A DNA stretch of 63,236 bases, filler included, from Bigelowiella natans CCMP2755 (Eukaryota; Protista; Cercozoa): assembly GCA_000320545.1 (NCBI GenBank). It is 6 parts of 6 records of this genome, joined end to end, with 100 filler letters (N's around TTAATTAATTAA, not from the genome) between each part and the next. Parts side by side here need not be neighbours in the genome. Positions count along the whole stretch, not along the records: positions 6,765 to 32,316 come from ADNK01003484.1; 5 more parts are not named here. One strand, given 5' to 3'. Positions 12,378-25,102 of the stretch are shown here, one piece after another. The notes under the pieces were generated by a model, which worked only from the letters and a program-made list of their open reading frames with translations, had not been told where the DNA came from and made no database searches. The position numbers and the translations under genes are program-made. Numbering within the stretch: position 1 is the stretch's first letter; each line of letters starts with the position of its first letter.

Positions 12378-13886
12378 ATGTCGAACCAGGAATCCACCAC
12401 GCGTAGAGTCAAGGTCTCATTCAACGGAGACATCAGGAAGACGAAGCTTCCTGCCAGCAACTGTGGAGTCGATCAGGTAAGGACGGAACTTGAACGTCTT
12501 TTCGGCCCAAGCGCTGCTTATGGATCAAAGATCCGATACTCTGATGAGGATGGAGACATGGTCCTTATTTGCTCTGACGACGAGGTTGAAGATGCCTTCT
12601 GCCAAGCCAAAGAACAGGGCAAAACACTGAAGCTCTTCGTTGAGAATGTCAAGGTTGATCAGAAGATACCGCCGATTCAAAAGCCAACTGGGGAGGCAAC
12701 TGAGAAATCATCGACTTCTCCTGAAGAATCTGGCAACTTTTCCTTCGTGTCAAACCCAAACGAAAAGAAGACCGAGCAAGTCAACAAGAGGAAGTTGGCA
12801 TTTGAGGAGCAGCGCTTGAAAGATCGCCGTCATGAACGTCAGAAGAAGAAAGAAGAGCGTAAAAAGATGCGCGAAGAATCAAGAGAAGAGCACAAGCGTG
12901 GAGGCTGCCGATGGCGTGGAGGAGGCCATGAATGGCGCCGTCAATGGAGGGAGCAACGCAAGAAAGCAAAGCAAGACTTCTTTGAGGAGGTTAAAGGGTT
13001 TCTTGGAGACAAGAAAGTCATTCAAGCTTTACAAGAATCCCTTCCTATACTCGCAGATAAGCTCATCAAGATGGAAGAAGATCTCAAATCAATGATAGAT
13101 TCTGTTCTGGAAGTTCAGCAAGTCCTCAAGGAGCACCCGTTTGTGAAAAAGTTTCTTCCACTCTTCTACTCTGTCATCGGTTTCATTCCTCTGAAGGTTG
13201 TGGGGCCAATAATGCTCGATGTCGTACTTGATCTTCAGCGCCAATTTCAGCAGGGAAAGCTGGACATTCCCATCCACTGCCTCATCAAACGTGTCATCCG
13301 CATGGTAAAGCGCAGTGCTAAACACAGTGCCCCTCAAGTTCACCATGGTGTCGTCTGCGATCAATGCAATGAGGGAACTGGACCAATTGTTGGCAATCGT
13401 TGGAAGCTTGATGAGGCTGATTACGACCTTTGTGATAAGCACTATGCGAATCTCGATGAGGAATCAAAGAAGATGTACCAAAAGGTTGAGCAACATTCCT
13501 GGCGTCCTCCCAGTGCCTTTGGCATTCCTGGCTTCCGTCCTGGACCATTTGCGTTCGCAAACATGTTCATGAACATGTTTGGTGGTGGAAACGGTGGACG
13601 AGGGGGATTTGGCTGCGGACGTAGAGGTGGCTGGGGAGGAGTTCCATGCGGACGTGGACCCTCTCACCGTCACAATCATCACAATCATCATCAACGTGGA
13701 GCTTGGAATCAACCTGCCCATTCCCAAGGGCAGGGAGGACCTCGTAGTTATCATCAAGGTCCTCAATCTCACTGGTCATCTGCTCCATGGATGCAACAGC
13801 AGCAACAGAATGCTGCCGATGGATTTGACAAGGATGGCAACCAAGAAGACTGGAATGAGGTTGGCAAAGACGACGGGCCTATGTGA
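12378..13886 (+). CDS. Intronless PB1 plus ZZ zinc-finger protein (p62/NBR1-like autophagy receptor, no UBA)
   Basis: 502-aa ORF. PB1 domain (RVKVSFNGDIRK...IRYSDEDGDMVLICSDDEVEDAF), a charged coiled coil, a ZZ finger (HHGVVCDQC...PIVGNRWK...DYDLC), a G/H/Q-rich tail and a terminal LIR-like EDWNEV. Confidence 0.88.
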   Translation: MSNQESTTRRVKVSFNGDIRKTKLPASNCGVDQVRTELERLFGPSAAYGSKIRYSDEDGDMVLICSDDEVEDAFCQAKEQGKTLKLFVENVKVDQKIPPIQKPTGEATEKSSTSPEESGNFSFVSNPNEKKTEQVNKRKLAFEEQRLKDRRHERQKKKEERKKMREESREEHKRGGCRWRGGGHEWRRQWREQRKKAKQDFFEEVKGFLGDKKVIQALQESLPILADKLIKMEEDLKSMIDSVLEVQQVLKEHPFVKKFLPLFYSVIGFIPLKVVGPIMLDVVLDLQRQFQQGKLDIPIHCLIKRVIRMVKRSAKHSAPQVHHGVVCDQCNEGTGPIVGNRWKLDEADYDLCDKHYANLDEESKKMYQKVEQHSWRPPSAFGIPGFRPGPFAFANMFMNMFGGGNGGRGGFGCGRRGGWGGVPCGRGPSHRHNHHNHHQRGAWNQPAHSQGQGGPRSYHQGPQSHWSSAPWMQQQQQNAADGFDKDGNQEDWNEVGKDDGPM

Positions 13887-14763
13887 ATCTGATTTCCATC
13901 CAGATTGCAGTGTTGATTGCTCCATTTTCCTCTCTTCACCGGTGATTTAAGATGATGGTTCGTAGTAGTCAAGCGAAGTAGCGCACGCTTCTACGCAATG
14001 CGCGTAGGTGGTGCGGCGAATTTTGAGCCTGTTTCCTGCAAACTGTGCACGGTTTGTGCATCACTTGTGAAACATCATAATCAAAGCAACTCTGTAATTT
14101 CAACATCACCCACCTTAAGGCGTCTGCTGTTCTGTAATGCCACGCAATGCCACTGTGATGCGTGCACTGCTAGACTGCACATTAGATGTAAGCTAATTCC
14201 TGTTGCTTGTGTTTGCTTTTACTTTGGCAGACACGCTACGCGGTCCACCATGACACATGCCTGCACGCGCATGCGAAGCTGCGCCGACATGCACGCTAGC
14301 ACGTACACACAGATCGAGCATGCTAGCATGCAACCCTAGAGAACATTCGCTCATTTGCACATTTTCCACGTACTAGCTAGCTTTGTTGCGATGCACATCC
14401 TATGGAGTTTGTGCTGCACATCTCTAGATCTGCACTGTCTAGCTGTGTAGCTAGAGCCACAAAATACCTACAATACTGCGAGTGATTGATATTTTGCCAA
14501 ATCTAGAAATAGTGTAGTTCACTCTGTGTATAGCGAATGGCCTTGTTGCATGCATGCATACACATGAAGAGCGCCTGATCATGATGCATTGCGCGCTGAT
14601 CGCTAGATTGTATCACCAAGCCATTTATAGATATATGATTGCATATAGTACAAGCGTATGGCTATTGTTAACGACCATATGTTGAATAATAATATGTTGA
14701 CTAATAGATCAACGTTTGCAAACTCGAGGGCGGGTGCTGTGACCTAGCTAGCTAGGGTGAACA

Positions 14764-15849
14764 TCATTTTGTCGATGAGGCTTGCCATTCGCGCCCTTGA
14801 GAATCTTCTGCTGTCTTTGCTACTTTCCTTGGTTCTTTTCTTCTTGTAATTGGGCATTGCATTTCTTTCCAACTCAGTGGTATCTGTTCGAGACAATACG
14901 CCAAACACACGCACAAAATATAAAGACAACATACGGGCTTCGTGATTACACACAACTTATCCTTCCGTATATGTGCTATACGTACCATAGTGTGTCCTGC
15001 AGCACTGTCTGCCTTGATTACACCAAGATGATTCTTGGCAGTGGAAAGATAGTATGACTTCGAATCGCCAAGTGATTGTACCTAATACAATAAGTAGGTT
15101 GAAATGAATTGTTCCGATATAGGCCGATAAATATCTGAGATATGAATGAAGCACTCCTATGCCTTTCTAGAAAGCATCAGAAGTTGTAGCAGCGTACATC
15201 ACCCTTATCTCCTTAGCTCTGTCTTATCTTCCCCTCCTTCTCCTCCCCCTCCCAACCATAGATCGCCAAATACCCACCTCAGCGCGGACTATATCTCCGG
15301 GTCGGTAGCTTTGATACATCTATGGTATTTCATAAACGTTGAAGTCTTCAATTCATTTGTAACACGGCAACATTTATTAGTTGAAGTTTTGTTAGGGAAA
15401 ACTATTAAAGGTAGGAAGCACCTGCACCGCGTCGACGTCAAACGCTCTTACATCCTTTGTCCGTATTATTCCAGGGAACGTATCGCTGTGAATAAGACCA
15501 TGAAGGGAAATATCAAGTACGCACGTAGAAAACATGTTTTTGGGTAGTACCGCAGCATCTTCCCCTCGGTGAAAAGAATTTCCAGCTGGGCGCTTCGAGC
15601 ATTGACCTTGGCAACTCGGGCAGTAACAACGTCACCCACATCCGGCAGCACCGTAGCTTTTCTCTCTCGGGCTCGAATGACATCTACGCGTACTCTCCCC
15701 TCCCTCTTGTCACCTACTCTCTTGAATCCAACAATGCTAGAGTATACTACATCTCCGAGTACGTAAGTTCCATCACCAGGAATGACTTCCTTCAGCTTTC
15801 CCACTCGATCGCCCGGGATAGCAACAGCATCTCCACCAGCTTCCTTCAT
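14764..15849 (-). CDS. CSL4: Exosome complex component CSL4 (EXOSC1), about 5 exons
   Basis: Spliced peptides IPGDRVG...PGDGTYV...VLPDVGDVVTARV|FPGIIRTKDVRAFDVDAVQ|MYQSYRPGDIVRAE|VQSLGDSKSYYLSTAKNHLGVI|IPLSWKEMQCPITRRKEPRKVAK are characteristic of Csl4. Confidence 0.95.
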
Positions 15850-16017
15850 ATTACTGGTATGATATTGCTGTTAGCAATATGATTGCCACGAGAAAGTAGG
15901 TGGTAGCAGCGGGCAATGCACTTGAGGAGGAGGAGAGAAGAAGGAGGAGGAGGGAGGAGGAGGGAGGAGGAGGAAAAGTTGTCTCGAGGCTTGTCGTATC
16001 TTCGTACGTGTATTATA

Positions 16018-16156
16018 TTTTTATCCTGCGACATGGAAACACATTGTTTTTAACCCTGCGACATCTAAGTCCTTCGATTTTTGTTGTGCGACATTCGTGG
16101 TATCTGAGTTTTTTCTTCTACGACATGCACGCACCTCGGATTTTATCCTGCGACAT
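16018..16156 (+). promoter_or_regulatory. Five phased copies of a T-tract-N5/6-(G)CGACAT motif in a divergent promoter region
   Basis: Cores at 16028, 16058, 16088, 16120 and 16150 (spacing 30/30/32/30). Each follows a run of 4-6 T, and the spacers are unrelated to each other. Confidence 0.6.
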
Positions 16157-16340
16157 TAGATGTTTCACCCGAAGAAAGGACAACCTCGAGCAGAAACTCG
16201 GGGAAACCTTCATTCGGGTGTCGGATAATCTCAATCAACACGCTGTGGTGGGGGGGGGAACAACTGCAAGGACAGATATCTCGGGATATGGAGAATTCAG
16301 ATTAATCAAGAAGGGGCAGTTGCTTTTTTGATAGAATAAA

Positions 16341-17051
16341 ATGAATCGAGAGAGGGACAAGTGTGCTAAAGCCAAACATGATCCTTGGATAAATGATGTC
16401 AAGACGACGTCTCCATGTAGTGAATGATTTGATCTAAATAATATCTGATGCAACTAAATTGAGAGACAGCCCAACGATATGGTGACCTGTATTTAGCTCG
16501 ATCGATCTATCTAATCATTACTCACAAGAGTAGCATTTACAAACCAGCATCGTTGCAATGTGTATATTATGCCCCACTACTCGTCAATTAGTGGCTCGAC
16601 CGCCCCTTATTTCCAGCAAGACGATCCCATCACTCCCGAGCGATATATTCTCCGAACCGATATCCAGGTCATCTTTGGTGATAATGAGAGAATGCGCCCA
16701 AAAGTAAGAATAAAATCATCAAGATTCATCGACAATCGATTCAAGTCTGGCAACGATGCCACGTGGTTGTGTGGGTAGTGATGACGAGCAGTCAATATGA
16801 CGATAGCCATGCAACGTGAACCTATCTTCCATCTTGCTAACATAATCCGACGCTCTAATTCACATTTGGGATACGTATTTTATCAATGTAGACACTTCAT
16901 CGCCCAGCAGCATCACCGTCTTTCGAGGCCATTTTTACCAGGCTGCGACAGATGCCATAGGCCCAATGCGTCCGTAAGGTAGGTGGTAGTGCTTCCAAAC
17001 ACAAGCCATCCACTTACAGCATAGTAAGAGTAGTAGCCGAAGTAGCCAGAA

Positions 17052-17086
<35 letters not shown>

Positions 17087-17730
17087 CATGGCTTCAATAG
17101 AGGAGACGGAAATAAGCATGTATCATATGGGAACCACATCCGTTGTTCTCCGATTGTTTCCAATATATCCTACCACTATTAGGTGTCTTTCATGCCCTTC
17201 AAACAAAGAAGATACTGTTTTGTGCGGGAGGTGCGCTGGGAATTGCGGCATCGATCATGTCAAAACAAGAGCTTTCTACCTGAAGGGAGAGAAATTGGAG
17301 GTAGTGTTTTACGACGTGCAGTTGCTGCATTGTCGTCCTTCATGAGCATTTGTGCTCCGCTGTGTTGCTTGGAAGAAGCTAAGCATTGCCTTTGTTCGAA
17401 GTGATGTAATCCTTCTTTCCAAATCGTTTTCTGAGGAGATTATAATTCTTGCTTGACTGTGTTCTTCTTCTTCTTCTCCTTCTTCTTCTACTACTACCAC
17501 TACTACTACAAACTACTACTACTAATATATGGGTTACTGTGTTGTGGGTGTGGCGATGTCAGAGCGCCCAAAATGATGAAAGTCGAAGAAGAGAATACAA
17601 ATCGATTTTGCACTATCTAAGAGCTAAAGCACAAGCGGCGGCAAACGGAGGTGGTGCCGTTGCGAAGCGTGGACGATATGTTTGCACAAGCGCATGCTCT
17701 CTCTCTCTCTCCCTCCCCCCCCCCCCCCCC

Positions 17731-17770
<40 letters not shown>

Positions 17771-19289
17771 TAAACACAAGATTCTAGATTTTTTTTGCGT
17801 TTTGGCACGCCTTTCTCCTTTTCGCTGACAGTACATAGTAGGAGAGTCGTGTTGTGCTTCTTCGAGAGATTGACGAGAGATTGACGATGCCACTCGACGC
17901 TGTGTGCGTGGGATTGGTGGTGAAGCAGCGCACGCTATTGCTATTGAGGCCAGCCTGTTGTGTGTAGGGAACAACAAGAAGAAGATATACACAGCTCTGG
18001 ATTTCGTCAAATCCAAAGTTTCAGTTTACATGAATGGGTTCATAAACTCATCAGGCGGAGTAAGTCCACCTCCTCCTCTTCTCCTCCTCCTCCTTCTTCT
18101 TCTCCTTCTCCTTCTCTTGTGCTTCCTACTTGTTGATGTACCTACACATGCAATAAATGATGCTACATTATGCCCATTGCCCTCCGTCTCTTTCTTCCTC
18201 TCTCCTTCTTCTGCACCATCTTCTCCTTCTCTTTGAAAGAAAGGCTGTTGTGATTTGCTGTGAAGTAGCGTTTCTTTGACTTGCCAGACGATATTCTTCG
18301 GCATCGAAGAACGAAAAGCAGGTGCCACGCCATTCCACGCAACTCCGTGCGTACACGAGATGATAGCAGACCCTTATCAACCGCACCCGCCATCACCCCA
18401 CATCTTACACCATTAGGAGGCAAAACAGAAATTGCAGTCGAAAGTGTCCCGTGGACAAGAGATGAAAGAGGGGCGGTGAGGCGGTGATGATGAACTCATA
18501 ATAGCGACAAGAATAATAATAATAAGAACAAGATTAATAACACTAACAACAAAGGGTGAGAGTTAGGAATGTAAAGTTGGGCATAAACGCCCAATCGCTT
18601 TATTTCTGTGCATAGCAAATGTGGTCACCATTTCCAACCTATCGATACCAACCTGATCTATTGAATGCCTCCTCCTCCTCCTCCTCCTCCTCCTCCTCCT
18701 CATCCATTTTCATTTCCCCCTCCTCCTTCTCTCGTCCTCGGCCTCTAGGTTGATCGAAACAACAGCAAAGTACATGTGCCCCCCTGTCCCAGCGGAGTTG
18801 TACCAGGTTCTTTGAAGTCCGCCTCTTCCGATTATTCGATATTAGATAATGCTATATAATATGACAACTGCCACCGCAGAGAATAATACGCCTTCTCCAT
18901 CAGCAGCGTGATTTTCCATGATTGCGAATGTCTAGGTCGCGTTTGTGCCCGTCATCGGTTTTTTTGAAGGAAATATTGATGAGCGATACGTGCTTGAGGT
19001 AACGATAACAACGACATTGAGAGCAATAGTAGCAATCAAATCGGTGTCGTTTCTGCTGTGTTTTGCATCTTTCATTTGTTGAATTGAAGGTGCATTAGCC
19101 TCCTCCTCCCGCTCCTCCTCCTCATCATCATTATCATCATCATCATCCTTATCGCTACCGCTCTTTTGACGCTGTGTACAATAATGGTGATGATGATAAT
19201 ACTATTCTTGGTGTTGCTTGTTGTCTTTATATTATATCAAGGTTCATGTCGCTGCAGACCCAAAGAAGACACTTCATTCCGTTGTACAA

Positions 19290-19333
<44 letters not shown>

Positions 19334-19954
19334 GCTCTCACAAGACTCGAAATTTTAGCACGTTAGCATCTCGAAAGCTCAGGCATAGAGCCTAGCGAAA
19401 ATATTCAAAAGACAACAAGTGGATAGCTGCTTCATTCCTATACATACCATATATTGTATATTGAGCTGTCAAGTACTCATATCTTCAGCTGTTTAGTACT
19501 TCGGGGTAACATAAATCTGACTTAATTCTTACCCCCACCCCCCCCCTCTTGTACTCGCACCATCACACCGTCGCCTCAGCTACCGCCTCGTTGCTTCAGT
19601 GAGATGTGCGAGGCATATGAGCGAAAGGATGAGTCAACAATACGATTGACACCCGAGGAGGTGGTCATGAGCGACGACGACGATGATGATAATGATGATA
19701 ATGATGATGATGATATCGATAATGATGATGATGATTATTATGATGATGATGGGGAGGGGGAGGATGGAAGGATGAATGGATTGTAGACGCGCAGAAAAGA
19801 TATATTTTCTCATGTTGTTTACATGATTGCTTTTAGATTGAAGATCGCCTGGGAGACTTTGCAGTCCCCCCCCCCATAGACTTTCAGCTGATGACGCGTC
19901 CTCATGGCGACAAATTGCACCTTGTGCACAGGGCCAAGGTGTGTGTGTGTGTGT

Positions 19955-19996
<42 letters not shown>

Positions 19997-20573
19997 GTAT
20001 GAATGTATTACAAAAGAAGCTGTGGAGATCTTATGCCTCTTGGCTTTACCTGCCTTCGCACGTCTTTTTACCATGCAAAAACTACTTCCTGAGCATGATC
20101 TCACGGAGGGTGACTAAGCGAGTAGCAGTAGAAGAAGCAGTAGAAGAAGTAGCAGTGGTAGTATTAGTGCCCTCGTTATTTAGTGCGGCAAATGAAATGC
20201 AATCCCTGACCGCTGGAGAGCAAGTTGAAACTACTAATACCACCACCACCACCACCACCACCACAATCATTATCTTCATTCTTCCTTCCTTCTCCTCCTC
20301 CTTCTCCTCCTCCTCCTCCTCCTATGTTCTCCTATAGATTGACCAAGTTATCTTTGATCACCTGAAGGAAAAGAGGTTACTCCTCCTCCCCCCCCTCCTG
20401 CTGCTGCTATTGCTCCTCCGCTCAATCATCATCATCATCATTATCATCACCATCATCACTATAATCTCTTGTTGTATAGTTCCACTTCTGCCTCTACTCT
20501 TTTTCATTTACACCATTCTTTTATAAATGTTGTGACTTGGATCATACTGAGATGGGTATTGTTGTGATGACGG

Positions 20574-20612
<39 letters not shown>

Positions 20613-20983
20613 CGATGGTGATGTTTCAGAAAACAGTTATATCGATGCAGCAATGGAGGCAATAGTAAGAAGAAGCAAGCAGCTACGACAAGAAACAAGC
20701 GCGGTAGATCGCCATCCAGCGCTTCTAAAAATTCTTCGCATACTGCAAAATCATCATCGGCCCTCTCCCCACCCTCATCATCATCATCAACAACAACAAC
20801 AACAACATCCAAGATTCTCCCCGAACGTGGTCGTCGGTTTGTTGGCAATGATGAGAAGAAAGCCAGAAACTCTGCACGCAACCGTTCCAGTAGTGCCATA
20901 TCCTATCATCAACCCCCCAACAATGCGAGCAGCGAAGACAAGACGAGGAGCAACGTTAGATCTTGCACAGCTGATCGCAAAAG

Positions 20984-21017
<34 letters not shown>

Positions 21018-21021
21018 CTGA
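16341..21021 (+). CDS. Hypothetical multi-exon protein; exon structure only partly resolved
   Basis: A series of AG/GT-bounded open segments between microsatellite introns, e.g. QDDPITPERYILRTDIQVIFGDNERMRPK, AIEASLLCVGNNKKKIYTALDFVKSK, VAFVPVIGFFEGNIDERYVLE and IDQVIFDHLKEKR. The last exon is about 20630-21021. No family recognised, and this could be more than one gene. Confidence 0.5.
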
Positions 21022-21081
21022 GGAGGGGGATGGTAATTGAGAACGGCATTCTCATTTTAGGAGATGCAGGTGATTCATGAT

Positions 21082-21121
<40 letters not shown>

Positions 21122-21157
21122 AATTTGCATCTGAGACACGTCAGCCGACAAATATCC

Positions 21158-21190
<33 letters not shown>

Positions 21191-21368
21191 TTCTTGTGCA
21201 AACAACTGTTAGGCACGGGGAAGAGCATCTGGAGTGCAACGCATATCCGGGACAGGTGGTGTTCTCAATGCTGCCGCTGCTGCTGTTTTCGCTACTGCTT
21301 GCTGCTGTTTTGGTTGTGACCGCTTTTCGATACCGATGTCGTCATCGTTATTTACCATTTGTACTGAT

Positions 21369-21410
<42 letters not shown>

Positions 21411-21434
21411 TATATTATCAGCATTGCGCTGGAA

Positions 21435-24400
21435 ATGAAGAGGAGGAAGATGAATCGACTCAACCAAGGACCAAAAAATGACGGCAAACTTGGGGACAAA
21501 AAGCACCCCGCACGGCCACCTTCACCGTCTGAAAGAGCGAGAAAGTCATCTCAAAAGGCTGGAGGAGGAGAGACCTGCTTCTTTTGCCATAGGATATTTT
21601 CTTCGCGATCAAAGATGTTCCGACATCTCAACCAAGACGGGTGCTACAACACAAATCAAATCAATATTCTCTACTTTCTCCAATACCCCCCCCCTCTCTC
21701 TCTCTCTCCTTTCTGATTTAACTCATGCTTCCAGCCAACTCTGCACTGTTTATCATCATACACAGTCCGTTCATAAATGCGAGCAGTCGTAGACACACAC
21801 ACACACACACACATAATTACATGCGTCGATTATATGTTGTTGTTGTTGCTGCTGCTATATGTAGATGGTGCCCCGTCTACGTGAAGCGTCTTGAAGAAAC
21901 AGGCCGCATTTCATGTACTCTCGGTGCTGGTGGCCTTGATACGACGTTTGCTGATGGCCCTCCCCGTGCAGTTTCATCAACGCAGAGACGAGGACCTGCT
22001 ATTTTTAGCGACAAAGAACACTGCTACTTCAAAGCTGCGCGGTATATGGATAAGATCATCCTTGATATCACGACGACGAACACTGCAACCAAGGCTGCTG
22101 CTGCTGCTACCTCACGGTACCGAAGCAAGAGCCTGCTTGCAGACAAGCTCCTAGCCTACCACATGTGCCTTGAAGACGACGAGAGAACAACAAACGCATC
22201 CCGTTTTGTCCGATCCATAGCTGCCCAGATAGCAAAGCATGGAAGAATGGCGGGTATTCGTAAGGCAATGGGGACTAAGAGGTGCGAGAAGTACCTGGCG
22301 GAAGAGCAGTCAAGTGCGGATCCTTACCGGTCGTTTGTGGAAGGCATCCTCATGCCTCTGAGGGGGATAAACGCCCTCCCGACTAACGGCCCATATGCTA
22401 TTCTTGTGGACGGCTTAGATGAGTGCATTAGCGAGCTTCATCAACCATCACTACCATCGTCGCCGTCAAATGGAGAGCCGTCTACTTCTCGGGTGCTGAA
22501 GATGACGACGATGACCATTCCTGACATCCTATTCAAAGCAATAGAGCAGTCGCTTTTCCCTCCATGGCTGCTTTTGATCTGCACAGCAAGGTTGCCGCTA
22601 CCAGCTGCTGCCGCTGCATTTTGACCATGATACACGCAAACATGACCGAACGTGGTAGTTTCTAATGGCTTCTAGCAGCCATCCTTCATTTCCACCCTAA
22701 CGACGTTGTCGCACAACAAACACACACGTAGGTTCAACGCCGTGTCGAAATTTGCCAAGAGCAATCGCTTTAGAAAGGTCAACATGGCCTATGGCGCTGA
22801 AGAGGACATGAGGCGCTTCGTCCAGTCGCGCTTAAAAATCATTGAAAGGCGAAAAATGATGCAAAACGGCATGATCCAAGCGAAGGGAGGCGGGCCATCG
22901 AGCAAAGGTGTAGCCGAGCGCCGGGAATCTTCAACGACGCCATCGTCAGCATCATCGTCATCATCACTATTGCCACTTTCATCCTCGCAATACCATCGCG
23001 CCCACGAGCGCATCTGCTCGATGTCCGCCGGCAACTTCCTCTACGCCTCGATGATGCTCGACGCGGTTGAAAACGGAGCCGTGGACATCCGAACGCTCGG
23101 CCACCAGCAACGGTCCCGCGGGCTGTTTGAGATGTACGAGGCCTCCTTCCAAAACCTCTTCCCGTCGCTTCGGAGCTACGCCGACTTGAAGTTCCCCGCG
23201 CGGCCCTTGCTGGAGGTCCTGGTGGCGGCCCGGCGGCCGATGACAGAGCGCTCTCTGGAGAACACGCTAGCGCACTTCCGCGGCGCGATCAGGAAGTTGA
23301 GAATGTACCTGCACCCCAACACGCGTCCTCTTGTTGCAAGCGATGGGGGCCGCCAACGCCAGCTGCTGAAGCACTACGTCCATTCGCATGCCGAGGTTGG
23401 AACGACGAGAGACGCGGAGCAGAGAGCCAACAGCAGCAGCATTAAGATGATGATGACTCCCTACCAACATGCTAGTGTTGGTGGCGGTCGCGGTAGTAGT
23501 TGTGGTGGCAGCAGCAGCGTCGTCGACGGCTACGGCGGCGACGAGAGGAGATGGGAGGGAGAGGCAGGGGCATTCAACAAGTGGAAGCTGTTTCACTCTA
23601 CTCTCACGGATTGGCTGATCGACGATGTACACAACAAGAGCAGGTTCATTTGCGACCGAGTCAAGGGCCACGCACTCCTCGGCGTGGGCATGCTTCGGAT
23701 GCTGTACAAGCACATCGGCGGGGATGCCATGGTGGAAAGGAGGGCGGGGGAGATCAAGGAGTGGCTCGGGGCCTACACGCGATTCCTCCCAAAACAGGTT
23801 CATGAGTGCATATCCGTGGTGACACCTTGGCACATCTACAATGTGGCGTTTCACCTGTCCAAAGCTGCGCCGGCGCAAAACACGGGGTCTACCACAGCTG
23901 TTGACTTGCTGCGCGCCCTTCCCTCGACGCTGCTCGACAAGCAAGACAGCAATGGACGCACGCCTGTGTTTCTGGCCTGCCAAGAGAGAGGAGACGTGTC
24001 GGTGTTAGAGCTACTTCTTAACGCCAAGGCCTCCACGGAGATTGCGACGACGGTGGCAGCACTAAAGCGAGGAGGCAAGCACCATAGTCCCCATAGCAGA
24101 CATTATGCTGCTGCTGCTGCTGCTGTTACTTCGTCGTCATCTTCAACGTGTTCTCACAATCAAGTGCTGACCCCTCTTCATATTGCAGCTAGAAGGCCAT
24201 ACGCGAAAGTCCTCAAACTACTCATTGATAACAAGGCGAATGTCAACGCAGCATCTGTCAGCGATGGCACCACGCCGCTGATGATCGCTGCTTCCAAGGG
24301 ACATTTGAACGGTCTGCAGCTGCTGCTGAATTGCGAGGCTATCGATGTAATGAAAGTAAACAAGCACGGGAAGAGCGTGCTGCACTACGCTGCGGCAAAG

Positions 24401-25054
24401 GGCCATGCTAAGATCGTCGAGGTTCTCCTCAACGACGTCATCGTGAGACCAACCCACTCCTCCAGGAACGCGCAGCAAGCAAACCACGATTCCCAGCACA
24501 CGCTCTCTCCTGGGGGGGCGGAAGCGAAGAAGCGGCCATCGGTGTCGTCGCTCCGTGAGTTTGTGGAAATGGAGGATGTCAACGGCTGTAGCGCCATTCT
24601 GCTTGCAGCCCAGAACGGCCACGTGGAGGTGGCGCGGGTTCTCATAAAGACAGGCCATGCGAACGCTAACGCCTACGGCGACAACGCTCATAGGCTCCCT
24701 GGGACTGCCCTTTGGCATGCAGCTAACAACGGGCATGAAGATGTTATAAGCGTTCTTGTGGACGCAAAGGCCAACGTGAACGCCGCTTCGGAGGCAAGGC
24801 TCAGTGACATAAAGAAAACCACTCTTCAAACGCCCTTGTTTCGGGTAGATGTGTTTATATTTGATATTTATATTGATATGTATTCAACTGCTAGTTCAGC
24901 ATTGAGACCCTACTAGGGGGGGGGGGGGGGCATAACAGAATATTAAAGGATATTGGCTGTGATGATCTATGGTTAAAAAAAACTATAAAGTGACTCGGTA
25001 GCTGCTCTCTTCTGACTGCAGTCTCTCGTTTGTCGTTGATGGTCCATATAAAAT

Positions 25055-25102
<48 letters not shown>

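Noticed and set aside
16018-16156. CRISPR-like repeat/spacer appearance
   Set aside because: Repeats are about 17 nt and degenerate, spacers are about 13 nt, there are no cas genes and the context is eukaryotic. Treated as a regulatory motif array instead.
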